DNA of 64,000 bases from Acutalibacteraceae bacterium (lineage in GTDB: Bacteria > Bacillota > Clostridia > Oscillospirales > Acutalibacteraceae): assembly GCA_051881535.1 (NCBI GenBank), contig JBJEQB010000006.1:2514-66513 (forward strand), written 5' to 3'. Shown here one piece after another: positions 41,563 through 51,334 of this stretch (position 1 is its first letter; each line of letters opens with the position of its first letter). Under the pieces are notes generated by a model. It was not told where the DNA came from, ran no database searches, and was given only the letters and a program-made list of their open reading frames with translations. A program made the translations under genes and the position numbers.

Positions 41563-43401
41563 TTATCTGAATATTTTATCAAACAGGCTTCCGCCGCCGA
41601 GGGTTTCAAGCAGGAAGTAGCTCAGACCCTTTGTTATTGATTTGAAAGCGGAATCAAGCTTTGATTCTTCTTCGGGAGGATTCATTTTGCCGAGCTTGAT
41701 AAGAATGTTGTTGAGTCTTTCTTCGGCAGCCTTTGTTTTGGCGTCGTCAGCTATGGTTGCCGAAATAACCGCTTCACCGTCGGCAATGGCGGCGATAAGC
41801 TCAGCCTTATCCTCGGCGGAGAGAGTTATTTCACCGTTAGCGTCCTGCTCAAGGAGTGCCTTGGCATCGGGCAGTCTCCAGCGGCGGATATATTTGGTGT
41901 TGCAGGAATAGTTATACTGCGGATAATTAACGGGGTCATCGTGAACGGAAGTGATTTTGCCCGTGATGAGCGCCTGTGCAAGGTTAAGAACAACATCGTT
42001 GTTGCCTACCTCGTGGTGCTGTTCAAGGAAAATCCAGGTGTTGTCGGGCAAAACGGCGGTTGAAGCGTCAACCGTATTGTCGGGTGCAATGTAGCTGTAA
42101 TCGGGATAATCGGGGTTTGTATAAGCCTGGGTGTAGCCTGCGGGCAGAGTTTCGTTTCCGGGAGCGCCCGTTGCACCCATTGTGGTTGATGTCAGGTTGA
42201 TAATTCCGTCGGAATTATATTTGCCTGCGGAATCAACGATGCCGAAGAAAGCGTAATCCTTCTCGCCGAAATCAAGGTTTGAGCCGGAGATTGAGTTAAC
42301 GGAAACACCGTCAGCAACAGCGGCAAGAATATTCTTATTGAGGTTGAGCCTTGCCTGCTGGAAGCGGTCGGTTTTTTCTTTAAGCTTCGCCTTTTCGGGA
42401 GAGCTGAGATATTTTTCGGCAAGAGCGTCATATCTGTAAGAGGGAACCATAGCCCACATCTGCGGGCAGTTAATCATAATGGTGTCAAGCAATCCGCTGA
42501 TTGCGCCCGTGAGGATTGCATTAACGCCCGAGCGCGGGAGAATGTGAAGAATGCAGTTTATAAGATAGCCGAGAGCCGCGTCGCTTTCGCCGATAACAGC
42601 GGGGATATATTCGTGATAAAGATATTCATCGGCAAGGTTGAATTTTCTTGCCATCATATCGGCAACGATATCCGTTCCGTTAAGGCAGGCAACAACATTA
42701 ACAATGGAATCAACATCCTTGTGACCGTAAGCGTCAAGATAGGAGGTGAGAATTGTGCCGCCGAGGCTGACGGGGAGAAGCGTTACCTTATCGTGACCCG
42801 TCTGCTCTTTTACCATCTGAATGTATTCGTCAAGCTCGTCAGCGGATGCCATCGGGTCGCCGACAAGGTTGAAGGTGAACATATATATATGGTCGCCGCC
42901 GATTTCCTCTTCAATTCTCTGAAGCGGAATCATTCTGTAAAGCCACTGCTTGTCGTCATCGTTCATCTCGGAGATGGGGTGATTCCATCTCTTTGTCTGA
43001 AGATTGTTGACATAGTTGCCGTCGTTATCGCATTTCTGAATTGAAAATGCTATACTTGCCGCCTCATATGCAATGTCTTTCAGACCGATGGGGTGCTGAG
43101 TGACGATGGTTGCCAGAACGCTGAAAATCAGCTTGGGCAGAACTTTCTTTATAAGCTGCTCAACCTCAAGAATGAGCAGAGTGCCGCCAACCTGATTGCC
43201 GTTGCTGTCAAGCACGGGCTCATTGTTTTCGTCAAAAAGATATGTAGGCGAATGGTTGATGCCGGGCAGAATAACAACGGGCGACTGGCCGCAGTTGCCG
43301 CCGCAGTCGGTTTTTGTTTTTGCCGAAGCTCCGATTGCGCCTGCGGAAATCAGCATAGCGGTGCACAGGATAAGAGCGATAACTCTTTTAATCCTTTTCA
43401 T
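41563..43401 (-). CDS. Secreted alpha/beta-hydrolase (LCAT/lipase-like), paralog 1
   Basis: Signal peptide; PVVILPGI, KVTLLPVSLGG, SDGII, QHHEV; start by AAGGAGAG RBS. Confidence 0.7.
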   Translation of the reverse strand: MKRIKRVIALILCTAMLISAGAIGASAKTKTDCGGNCGQSPVVILPGINHSPTYLFDENNEPVLDSNGNQVGGTLLILEVEQLIKKVLPKLIFSVLATIVTQHPIGLKDIAYEAASIAFSIQKCDNDGNYVNNLQTKRWNHPISEMNDDDKQWLYRMIPLQRIEEEIGGDHIYMFTFNLVGDPMASADELDEYIQMVKEQTGHDKVTLLPVSLGGTILTSYLDAYGHKDVDSIVNVVACLNGTDIVADMMARKFNLADEYLYHEYIPAVIGESDAALGYLINCILHILPRSGVNAILTGAISGLLDTIMINCPQMWAMVPSYRYDALAEKYLSSPEKAKLKEKTDRFQQARLNLNKNILAAVADGVSVNSISGSNLDFGEKDYAFFGIVDSAGKYNSDGIINLTSTTMGATGAPGNETLPAGYTQAYTNPDYPDYSYIAPDNTVDASTAVLPDNTWIFLEQHHEVGNNDVVLNLAQALITGKITSVHDDPVNYPQYNYSCNTKYIRRWRLPDAKALLEQDANGEITLSAEDKAELIAAIADGEAVISATIADDAKTKAAEERLNNILIKLGKMNPPEEESKLDSAFKSITKGLSYFLLETLGGGSLFDKIFR

Positions 43402-43453
43402 AAAAAACACTCTCCTTAATCGGCTTTTTTGTTTACCGTTTAATATAAATTAT

Positions 43454-43482
43454 ATATTATCATAGAATTTAGTGGATTTCAA
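43454..43482 (-). promoter_or_regulatory. Putative SigA promoter of the hydrolase pair
   Basis: TTGAAA, 17 nt, TG-extended TAATAT. Confidence 0.5.
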
Positions 43483-43541
43483 CAATTTATTAATAACTTG
43501 TATAAAAAATATAATAGTTTTATTAACAGCAATGGAATATG

Positions 43542-43766
43542 TCTGAAATACAATATCTCACGCACATTCGGGAATTTTTCTCTTTGACATACGGAAGTAT
43601 GCCTGCAGAGAAGAAATCCCCGACTGCACATAATCTATTGCATTTCAGATGCGAAGCAGTTTTGAGGGAGAAGATTTTCGTTCCGTCGAGGCGAAAATCT
43701 GCAGTAATACTATATGTATTTCAAGGATTTTCAACGCAGACGGGGCGGAAAGATTCCGCTCAAAAC
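43542..43766. repeat. Two adjacent long imperfect palindromes
   Basis: TCTGAAATACAATA...TATTGCATTTCAGA (43542-43649) and GTTTTGAG...CTCAAAAC (43659-43766), both with nested stems. Confidence 0.7.
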
Positions 43767-43830
43767 CATATTTATTGCTGTTAATAAAACTATAATTACT
43801 TAATATTGAACAAACGGGGTAACAATTCGC

Positions 43831-43859
43831 TTGCGTAACGCGCATTTAAGTGATATAAT
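43831..43859 (+). promoter_or_regulatory. SigA promoter of HAD-mfd
   Basis: TTGCGT, 17 nt, TG-extended TATAAT. Confidence 0.65.
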
Positions 43860-43906
43860 CACATACGGTAAAATTGAATTAAAAAGGCAGGAAGGAACGG
43901 CATATA

Positions 43907-44515
43907 ATGATAAAAAATATAATTTTTGATATGGGTGGAGTTTTGATAGACTATAATCCCGAAAAAACTCTTAATGAGGTTTTTGACTCCGAAACCGCCG
44001 CCGTTCTGCTCAAAGAAATTTTCAGAAATCCGATATGGGCGGATAAAGACAGGGGAATTATCACGCCGCAGGAAATTATGGAGCAAAAGCGCGGAGCAAT
44101 TCCGCCGCAGGTTTTTGATAAGGTCAGCGAAATGGTGGATAATTTTTATCCCTATATGCCGCCTTTTGAAAAAATGTATGAGCTTGTAAAGCGGCTTAAA
44201 GAAAACGGATACGGAATATATCTGCTCTCAAACGCATCGTCTGATTTTCATATTCACCGCAAGGGTATTCCGGCGCTCTCGCTGTTTGACGGCTGCCTGA
44301 TTTCCGCCGATTACAAGCTTCTTAAACCCGAAAAAGAAATATACCTTGCGCTTTTTGAAAGGTTTTCGTTAAAGCCCGAGGAATGTTTTTTTATCGATGA
44401 TGTGCAGGCTAATATCGACGGTGCGCGCAATGCGGGAATGAGCGGTCATTGCTTTTGCCACGGCGATATTGAAATTCTCAAAGAAGCCCTTAAAGAAGCA
44501 GGGGTAAAAATATGA
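43907..44515 (+). CDS. HAD-family phosphatase
   Basis: IFDMGGVL, LLSN, KPEKEIY, FIDD..ANI.GA. Confidence 0.9.
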   Translation: MIKNIIFDMGGVLIDYNPEKTLNEVFDSETAAVLLKEIFRNPIWADKDRGIITPQEIMEQKRGAIPPQVFDKVSEMVDNFYPYMPPFEKMYELVKRLKENGYGIYLLSNASSDFHIHRKGIPALSLFDGCLISADYKLLKPEKEIYLALFERFSLKPEECFFIDDVQANIDGARNAGMSGHCFCHGDIEILKEALKEAGVKI

Positions 44516-47500
44516 ATTGTTACAGCGAAATTGCAAAATCGGTGCCGGAGTTTATGTCTCTGGCGAATACGGTGCTCAAAAACCGTCTGCCTGCGGGTGT
44601 GACGGGGCTTTCGCATATCCATAAAGCGCATATTATAGCGTCAATGTGTATGTGCCTGCGGCGCAGGGCGATAGTTATTGTGCCCGATGAAGCGCAGGCA
44701 ACCCGCCTTATCAGAGATATGGAAAGCTTCGGCATAAAAGCCGTGCTTTTCCCGGCAAGGGATTTCTCTTTCAGAACTCTTGAAACCGTGTCGCACGAAT
44801 ACGAATATGCCCGCCTGAAAACGCTTGACAGAATGCTTTCGGGTGATTTTGACGCCGCCGTGCTCTCCGCCGAGGCGGCAACACAGCTCACCGTTCCGCC
44901 CGCAAGGCTGATGAACAGCAGCTTTTCGGTTGCCTGCGGAGAGGATTACGACATTGAGGAGCTTTCTCTGAGCCTTATTAACTGCGGCTACACAAGGAGC
45001 GAGCAGGTTGACGGTCACGGTCAGTTTGCAATAAGGGGCGGAATACTCGATTTTTATCCGCCCGACGCCAATCAGCCCTGCCGCGTCGAGTTCTGGGGCG
45101 ACACGGTTGACAGCATATCAATGTTTGACCCCGAAACCCAGCGCCGCACGGAGCACATTGAAGAAATCAGAGTTACTCCAGCGCGTGAAATTCTCTGCAC
45201 CGATGAAATGCTTTCGGCGCTGATACAAAAGTTGATTTCGGAGAAAAAGCCCAAGGGAGCGGCTTTGAAATCGCTCAGCGACGATCTTGACAGGCTCGGC
45301 GGCGGTATGCGCCTTTCCTCCGCCGATAAATATATGCCGCTGATTTATCCCGATGCGGCAAGTATTTTTGACTATGCGCGCGGCTGTATGCTTTTTGTCT
45401 GCGAGAGCTTTTCGGTCAAGGATAAGCTTGAAGCGGGCAGCCGCCTGATGAATGAAACCTTAAAGGGACTGTTTCAGGACGGCGTTCTGTGCAAGGGGCT
45501 TGACCGTTACTGCCTCAGACCGCAGGATATTGTGAGCGTTTATGAGGATATGGGCGCGGTCTATCTTGATAACCTGCCGCGCGGAAGCTTTGACACGGGC
45601 GTTAAGGAGCTTATAACATTCAGCGCAAAGCAGATAAATCCGTGGAACGGCTCGCTTGCCGCAATAGTTGACGACCTCAATGCGCTCAGAATAAAGCAGG
45701 GCAGCTCCTGCGCCGTGCTTGCGGGCACGGATAAGGCTGCCAAAACTCTGGCGGAGGATTTGGAGAGCGAGGGAATTCCCGCGCTTTTCTGCCCCGTGCC
45801 GCCTGCGGAATTTCCGCAAAAAACCGTTTGCATATTGCCCGGCGGACTGTCGGCGGGCTTTGAATATCCCGGCACAAAATTTACTCTGCTGACCTACCGC
45901 AGCAGAACCGTTACCAAAAACCGCGTTGCCTCAACAAAGCGGGGCAAAAACGCGTTCAATAATCTTGACGAGCTTCACAGGGGAGAATATGTTGTTCACT
46001 CAACCCACGGCATAGGTATTTTTGAGGGCATAACCACTCTTGAAGCCTCGGGCACAACAAAGGATTATATCAAAATCAGATATGATAAAGGCGATAATCT
46101 CTATGTCCCCGTTACCCAGCTTGACCAGGTTTCAAAATACATCGGTCCAAAGAGCGACGATAAGCCGTTAAAGCTCAGCAAGCTCGGCGGCAAGGATTGG
46201 CAAAAGACGCGTTCCCGCGTCAAGAGCGCCGTTAAGGATATGGCAAAGGAGCTTATCGAGCTTTATTCAAAGAGATTAAAGGTTCAGGGTCACGCCTTTT
46301 CACAGGATATTGATATGCAGAGCGATTTTGAAAGGCGGTTTGAGTTTGTTGAAACCGATGACCAGCTCCGATGTATTCATGAGATAAAGCGGGATATGGA
46401 AAAGCCCTATCCCATGGACAGACTGCTTTGCGGCGATGTCGGCTTCGGCAAAACCGAGGTTGCGCTCAGAGCCGCTTTCAAGTGCATTGCCGACGGCAAG
46501 CAGTGCGCCATTCTTGTGCCCACAACCATTCTTGCGCTCCAACATTATCAAACGATTTTGAAACGCTTTGAGGGCTTCCCCATTGAGGCGGGTATGCTCT
46601 CGCGCTTCTGCACCAAAAAAGAGATTGAAAAAACCTTAAACGGTCTGCGGCGCGGCTCGGTTGATATCGTTGTCGGCACTCACCGCCTGATATCAAAGGA
46701 TGTGCAGTTCTGCGATCTCGGGCTGATTATTGTTGATGAGGAGCAGCGTTTCGGCGTTGCTCAAAAGGAAAAGCTTAAAACGATGTTTCCCGCCGTTGAT
46801 GTGCTCACCCTCACGGCAACTCCCATTCCGCGCACGCTGAATATGGCGATGACGGGAATTCGTGATATGTCCGTTTTGGAGGAAGCCCCGCAGGACAGAC
46901 TGCCCGTTCAGACCTATGTTATAGAGCACGATATGGGAGTTCTCGTTCAGGCAATGGAGCAGGAGCTTCGCCGCGGCGGTCAGGTCTATTATCTTTTCAA
47001 CAGAGTTGAGGATATCGAAAAAAAGGCGGCTGAAATCAAAGCCATGCTGCCCGACGCCGTTGTCGGAATAGGCCACGGAAAAATGACCGAGGATGAGCTC
47101 AGCGAGGTCTGGCGCAGGCTCCTTGAAGGCGAAATCGATATCCTTGTATGCACAACGATTATCGAAACGGGCGTTGATGTGCCCAATGTCAACACACTGA
47201 TTATAGAAAATGCCGACAGGATGGGTCTTGCCCAGCTCCATCAGATAAGGGGCAGGGTAGGGCGTTCCTCACGAAGAGCGAGCGCATATTTCACCTTTAC
47301 GCGCGGCAAGCAGCTGAGCGAAATTGCAACCCGCCGCCTTGATTCCATCAGGGAATTTACGGAGTTCGGCTCGGGCTTTCATATCGCCATGCGCGATTTG
47401 GAGCTGCGCGGCGCAGGCAATGTGCTCGGCGCAAACCAGCACGGGCATATGGAATCGGTCGGCTATGAAATGTATATTAAACTGCTCGAGCAGGCGATAA

Positions 47501-47967
47501 GCGAAGAAAAGGGCGAAAAAACCGAAGTGCCCGAAAAGGACTGCGTTATCGATTTGCCGATTGACGCGCACATTCCCGAAGAATATATCGAAAGCGTTCC
47601 GCAGAGACTTCAGATTTACAGACGGATTGCGGATATCAAAACCAACGAGGACGCCTCTGATGTTATCGACGAGCTTTGCGACCGCTTCGGCGATCCGCCC
47701 GAAAGCGTGGAGGGGCTTATAAAAATTGCCCTGCTGCGCGGCAAGGCGGCAAGGCACGATATTTATGAAATCACGATGCAGAGCGACAGGGTGATATTCA
47801 GAATAAGTGTTTTGGATATGGAAAAAATCTCCCTTGCCTCGGCGCACTTCAAGGGGCGTTTCGTAGTCAGCGCGGGCGGCGGCAAGCCGCATATCGCGGT
47901 GCGCCTGCTCAAAGGCGAGAGCCGCCTCGGACTTGTTGAGCGCGTGCTTGATTATATGGATGAATGA
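44512..47967 (+). CDS. mfd: Transcription-repair coupling factor
   Basis: RGGILDFYP, VVH..HGIG, GDVGFGKTEVA, DEEQRFG, QIRGRVGRS, TRCF C-terminal domain. Confidence 0.97.
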   Translation: MNCYSEIAKSVPEFMSLANTVLKNRLPAGVTGLSHIHKAHIIASMCMCLRRRAIVIVPDEAQATRLIRDMESFGIKAVLFPARDFSFRTLETVSHEYEYARLKTLDRMLSGDFDAAVLSAEAATQLTVPPARLMNSSFSVACGEDYDIEELSLSLINCGYTRSEQVDGHGQFAIRGGILDFYPPDANQPCRVEFWGDTVDSISMFDPETQRRTEHIEEIRVTPAREILCTDEMLSALIQKLISEKKPKGAALKSLSDDLDRLGGGMRLSSADKYMPLIYPDAASIFDYARGCMLFVCESFSVKDKLEAGSRLMNETLKGLFQDGVLCKGLDRYCLRPQDIVSVYEDMGAVYLDNLPRGSFDTGVKELITFSAKQINPWNGSLAAIVDDLNALRIKQGSSCAVLAGTDKAAKTLAEDLESEGIPALFCPVPPAEFPQKTVCILPGGLSAGFEYPGTKFTLLTYRSRTVTKNRVASTKRGKNAFNNLDELHRGEYVVHSTHGIGIFEGITTLEASGTTKDYIKIRYDKGDNLYVPVTQLDQVSKYIGPKSDDKPLKLSKLGGKDWQKTRSRVKSAVKDMAKELIELYSKRLKVQGHAFSQDIDMQSDFERRFEFVETDDQLRCIHEIKRDMEKPYPMDRLLCGDVGFGKTEVALRAAFKCIADGKQCAILVPTTILALQHYQTILKRFEGFPIEAGMLSRFCTKKEIEKTLNGLRRGSVDIVVGTHRLISKDVQFCDLGLIIVDEEQRFGVAQKEKLKTMFPAVDVLTLTATPIPRTLNMAMTGIRDMSVLEEAPQDRLPVQTYVIEHDMGVLVQAMEQELRRGGQVYYLFNRVEDIEKKAAEIKAMLPDAVVGIGHGKMTEDELSEVWRRLLEGEIDILVCTTIIETGVDVPNVNTLIIENADRMGLAQLHQIRGRVGRSSRRASAYFTFTRGKQLSEIATRRLDSIREFTEFGSGFHIAMRDLELRGAGNVLGANQHGHMESVGYEMYIKLLEQAISEEKGEKTEVPEKDCVIDLPIDAHIPEEYIESVPQRLQIYRRIADIKTNEDASDVIDELCDRFGDPPESVEGLIKIALLRGKAARHDIYEITMQSDRVIFRISVLDMEKISLASAHFKGRFVVSAGGGKPHIAVRLLKGESRLGLVERVLDYMDE

Positions 47968-48018
47968 GTTTGAATTAATTAAAGTTCACCGTCAAACCAA
48001 AAAATTTTAAAAAAGGTC

Positions 48019-48047
48019 TTGACTATCTCGGATTCTTGTGTTACAAT
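48019..48047 (+). promoter_or_regulatory. SigA promoter of the T-box leader
   Basis: TTGACT, 17 nt, TACAAT. Confidence 0.75.
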
Positions 48048-48068
48048 CACAGCAATTTAATCAACAAA

Positions 48069-48344
48069 CCGTTGAGGAAGAGTGAGTAGATTTCATTAAC
48101 TTTCTTTCCAGAGAGCCGCGGGCGGTGAAATCGCGGCAGAAAGCATGATTTTGAATGGACTTCCGAGGGCGACCGGAAAGAAGAGGTTTAACTCTTTCGG
48201 TATGGAAGCCGGAGTAATGCTCTCCGTTAAAAAAAGCAGGTATATGTCAGTATACGCAGAGCGGCCGTTCTTTACGGCAAGCAGGGTGGCACCGCAGGTA
48301 ATTATTCCTGTCCCCGCATTAATTTGCAGGGACGGGATTTTTTT
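48069..48344 (+). ncRNA. T-box riboswitch, Trp specifier
   Basis: AGTA S-turn, AGAGA, GGTGAAA, GAA-TGG-A specifier (48156-48158), T-box AAGCAGGGTGGCACCGC (48279-48295), terminator 48307-48344. Confidence 0.92.
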
Positions 48345-48479
48345 ATTTTCATAAACTACGGAGTGATTGTCAATGTTTATTCTCTCAAAGCAATGGCGCA
48401 CGGCGCGCCGATAATTCAAACCCGAAAAATCATCAACCAACAATCAATTAAATATAATTCACGAAAGGATATGTTCAAA

Positions 48480-49541
48480 ATGAAAAAAATTATTGCAGTT
48501 CTTATGGCTCTTGTTCTTATGCTCGGTCTCGCGGCTTGCGGCTCCGAAAAAAACACCGATTCAACCACCGATGCTCCTTCGCAGACAGCGGGAAAAATAT
48601 TCAAGGTCGGCATCTGCAACTATGTTGACGACGCTTCGCTCAATCAGATAGTCGATAACATCAAGGCTCAGCTTGAAGCTCTCGGCAAGCAGAACGGCGT
48701 TACCTTTGAGATTTCTTACGATAACTGCAACGCAGACCCGAATGTGCTTTCTCAGATAATCACCAATTTCATCGCTGACGGCGTTGACCTTATGGTAGGC
48801 GTTGCAACACCCGTTGCAATCGCAATGCAGGCGGCTACCGAAACCAACAAGATACCCGTTGTTTTCTCCGCTGTTTCAGACCCCGTTTCGGCAAAGCTCG
48901 TTGATTCTCTTGAAAAGCCCGGCAGCAACCTCACGGGCACATCGGATTATCTTAACACCTCCGCTATTATGGATTTGATTTTTGCCGCTGACCCCGAAGC
49001 AAAAACAATCGGTCTCCTTTACGATGTCGGTCAGGATTCCTCAGCAACTCCGATTGCCGCCGCCAAAGAATATCTTGATAAAAAAGGCGTTAAATACATT
49101 GAGCGCACGGGCACAACCGTTGACGAAGTAACCCTTGCAGCCCGCGCACTTGCGGCTGACGGCGTTGACGCTGTTTTCACTCCGACCGATAATACCGTTA
49201 TGACCGCAGAGCTTTCGATTTATGAAATCTTTGCAGAGGCGGGAATTCCCCACTACACGGGCGCGGATTCCTTTGCACTCAACGGCGCTTTCCTCGGCTA
49301 CGGCGTTGACTATGCAAACCTCGGCGTTGAAACGGCAAATATGGTTGCGGATATCCTCATTAACGGCAAAGACCCCGCCGAAACTCCCGTTATGACCTTC
49401 GATAACGGCACGGCTACCGTCAACACGGAAATCTGCGAAAAGCTCGGTTATAACTTTGATGAAATCAGCAAGATTTTTGCTCCCTACTGCACAAAGGTTA
49501 ACAGCATCAAAACAGCGGAAAGCTTTGATGATGTAGCCTGA
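48480..49541 (+). CDS. ABC substrate-binding lipoprotein (TrpX-like aromatic amino acid importer)
   Basis: Lipobox LAAC; VATPVA, VFSAVSDPV, NLTGTSD, PTDNTV; lies behind a Trp T-box. Confidence 0.88.
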   Translation: MKKIIAVLMALVLMLGLAACGSEKNTDSTTDAPSQTAGKIFKVGICNYVDDASLNQIVDNIKAQLEALGKQNGVTFEISYDNCNADPNVLSQIITNFIADGVDLMVGVATPVAIAMQAATETNKIPVVFSAVSDPVSAKLVDSLEKPGSNLTGTSDYLNTSAIMDLIFAADPEAKTIGLLYDVGQDSSATPIAAAKEYLDKKGVKYIERTGTTVDEVTLAARALAADGVDAVFTPTDNTVMTAELSIYEIFAEAGIPHYTGADSFALNGAFLGYGVDYANLGVETANMVADILINGKDPAETPVMTFDNGTATVNTEICEKLGYNFDEISKIFAPYCTKVNSIKTAESFDDVA

Positions 49542-49556
49542 TTGGAGATAGTTTTT

Positions 49557-50495
49557 ATGAATTTTACAGCGATTCTCAGCCTTGTACAAACAGCGCTTGA
49601 GCTGGGGCTGATAAGCTCTCTTACGGTATTGGCTCTGTTTCTGAGCTACTCAATGCTTAATGTATGTGACCTTTCCACCGACGGCTGCTTCACTCTCGGA
49701 GCGGCTGTCGGCGCCGTTGTTGCCCTTTCGGGTCACCCTTATCTGTCGATTGTTGCCGCAGTTGCCGCAGGCGTGCTTTCGGGCTTTATTGTGGCGGTGC
49801 TCCAAACCAAAATGGGAGTCAACAGCCTGCTTGCGGGTATTATAGTCAACACGGCTCTTTATTCGGTGAACATAGCGGTTATGGGTAACTCCTCTCTGCT
49901 TAATCTTAACAGAACGGAAACCGTATTCACAAAGCTTCAGGCTTTGCTGAAAGATACCTTTTTGAAGGATCAGTATAAGCTGATTATCGCGCTTTTCTTT
50001 GTAACCCTGACCGTGATTTTTCTGACGGTGTTTCTGAAAACAAGGCTCGGTCTTGCAATCAGAGCAACGGGAAACAATGCGGATATGGTTAAATCCTCAT
50101 CAATTAATCCGATTAAGACCACAATAATAGGTCTTTGCATTGCAAACTCCTTTACCGCCCTGTCGGGCTGTCTGCTCGCGCAGTCGCAGAAATCCGCCAA
50201 TATCGACATCGGCTCGGGTATGGTTACCATTGCTCTTGCCTCTCTGCTTATCGGCGGAATATTCCTCGGGCGCGGCAAAATAGGGCTGCGCGCTCTCGGA
50301 GCGGTTGTCGGCGCATTTGTTTTCCGCTTGGTATATACGGTTGCGCTCAGATTCAATATGCCCGCATTTATGCTCAAACTCGTTTCTTCTGTAATCGTTG
50401 TTGCGGCAATTTCCGCTCCTTATATCAGGCAGCAGCTTCCGCTTCTCAAACGCAGGCTGGCTCACCGTTTCGGCAAGGAGGAAGCGCAATGCTGA
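49557..50495 (+). CDS. ABC permease (TrpY-like)
   Basis: DLSTDGCF, LGLAIRATGNN, DIGSGMV; multi-TM. Confidence 0.88.
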   Translation: MNFTAILSLVQTALELGLISSLTVLALFLSYSMLNVCDLSTDGCFTLGAAVGAVVALSGHPYLSIVAAVAAGVLSGFIVAVLQTKMGVNSLLAGIIVNTALYSVNIAVMGNSSLLNLNRTETVFTKLQALLKDTFLKDQYKLIIALFFVTLTVIFLTVFLKTRLGLAIRATGNNADMVKSSSINPIKTTIIGLCIANSFTALSGCLLAQSQKSANIDIGSGMVTIALASLLIGGIFLGRGKIGLRALGAVVGAFVFRLVYTVALRFNMPAFMLKLVSSVIVVAAISAPYIRQQLPLLKRRLAHRFGKEEAQC

Positions 50496-51274
50496 AAATA
50501 ACACACCTTTCAAAAACCTTTAACCCCGGCACGGTCAACGAAAAGCCCGTTTTGCAGGATCTTTCCCTGCACATTGAAAAAGGCGATTTCGTAACGGTTA
50601 TCGGCGCAAACGGCGCGGGCAAATCAACTCTTTTCAATGCCGTATCGGGCAGCTTTATTGCCGACAGCGGAAAGATTTTTCTTGACGGCAAGGATATCAC
50701 GCTTATGCCCGAATATAAGCGCGCAAGAGATATCGGCAGGCTTTTTCAGGACCCGATGCGAGGCAGTGCGCCCGGAATGACCATTGAGGAAAATCTCGCC
50801 CTTGCCGCAGGTCACGGCGGATGGCTCAGCACGGTTTCAAAGGCGGATAAAAAGCTTTTCAGAGAGAGGCTTTCTCTTTTGAATATGGGGCTTGAAGACA
50901 GAATGCAGCAGCAGGTGGGCTTGCTTTCGGGCGGTCAGCGGCAGGCGCTGACTCTGCTTATGGCAACCTTTAACGCGCCCAAGCTTTTGCTCCTTGATGA
51001 GCACACGGCGGCGCTCGACCCCGCAACGGCTGAAAAGGTTCTTGAACTGACTGAAAATATTGTTGCGGAAGAAAAAATAACCTGCATGATGGTTACTCAC
51101 AATATGCAGTCCGCGCTTGATCTCGGAAACCGCACGATAATGATGGATAACGGAAAGGTTATTTTTGATGTTTCGGGCGAGGAACGCTCCAAGCTGACCG
51201 TTGCTGACCTGCTTGAGCAGTTCAGAAAGGTTTCGGGCAAGGCACTTGATAATGACCGTATGCTTTTGACCTGA
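50489..51274 (+). CDS. ABC ATP-binding protein (TrpZ-like)
   Basis: GANGAGKST, LSGGQRQ, LLDEHTAALDP. Confidence 0.92.
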   Translation: MLKITHLSKTFNPGTVNEKPVLQDLSLHIEKGDFVTVIGANGAGKSTLFNAVSGSFIADSGKIFLDGKDITLMPEYKRARDIGRLFQDPMRGSAPGMTIEENLALAAGHGGWLSTVSKADKKLFRERLSLLNMGLEDRMQQQVGLLSGGQRQALTLLMATFNAPKLLLLDEHTAALDPATAEKVLELTENIVAEEKITCMMVTHNMQSALDLGNRTIMMDNGKVIFDVSGEERSKLTVADLLEQFRKVSGKALDNDRMLLT

Positions 51275-51286
51275 AATTAAAATTTT

Positions 51287-51334
51287 AAAAAAATCAAGGG
51301 ATGTACCGACTTTTGCCGATACATCCCTTTGTTT
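51287..51334. terminator. Bidirectional terminator
   Basis: CAAGGGATGTA / TACATCCCTTG 11-bp stem between convergent genes. Confidence 0.75.

Noticed and set aside
48160-48164. Phe (TTC) as the T-box specifier
   Set aside because: CTTCC pairs with GGAAG in stem I, and the UGGC bulge fits a G discriminator (Trp) rather than A (Phe).
48145-48479. ORF 48145-48354 and the long N-terminus of ORF 48324
   Set aside because: They overlap the T-box leader; the lipoprotein signal begins at the ATG at 48480.
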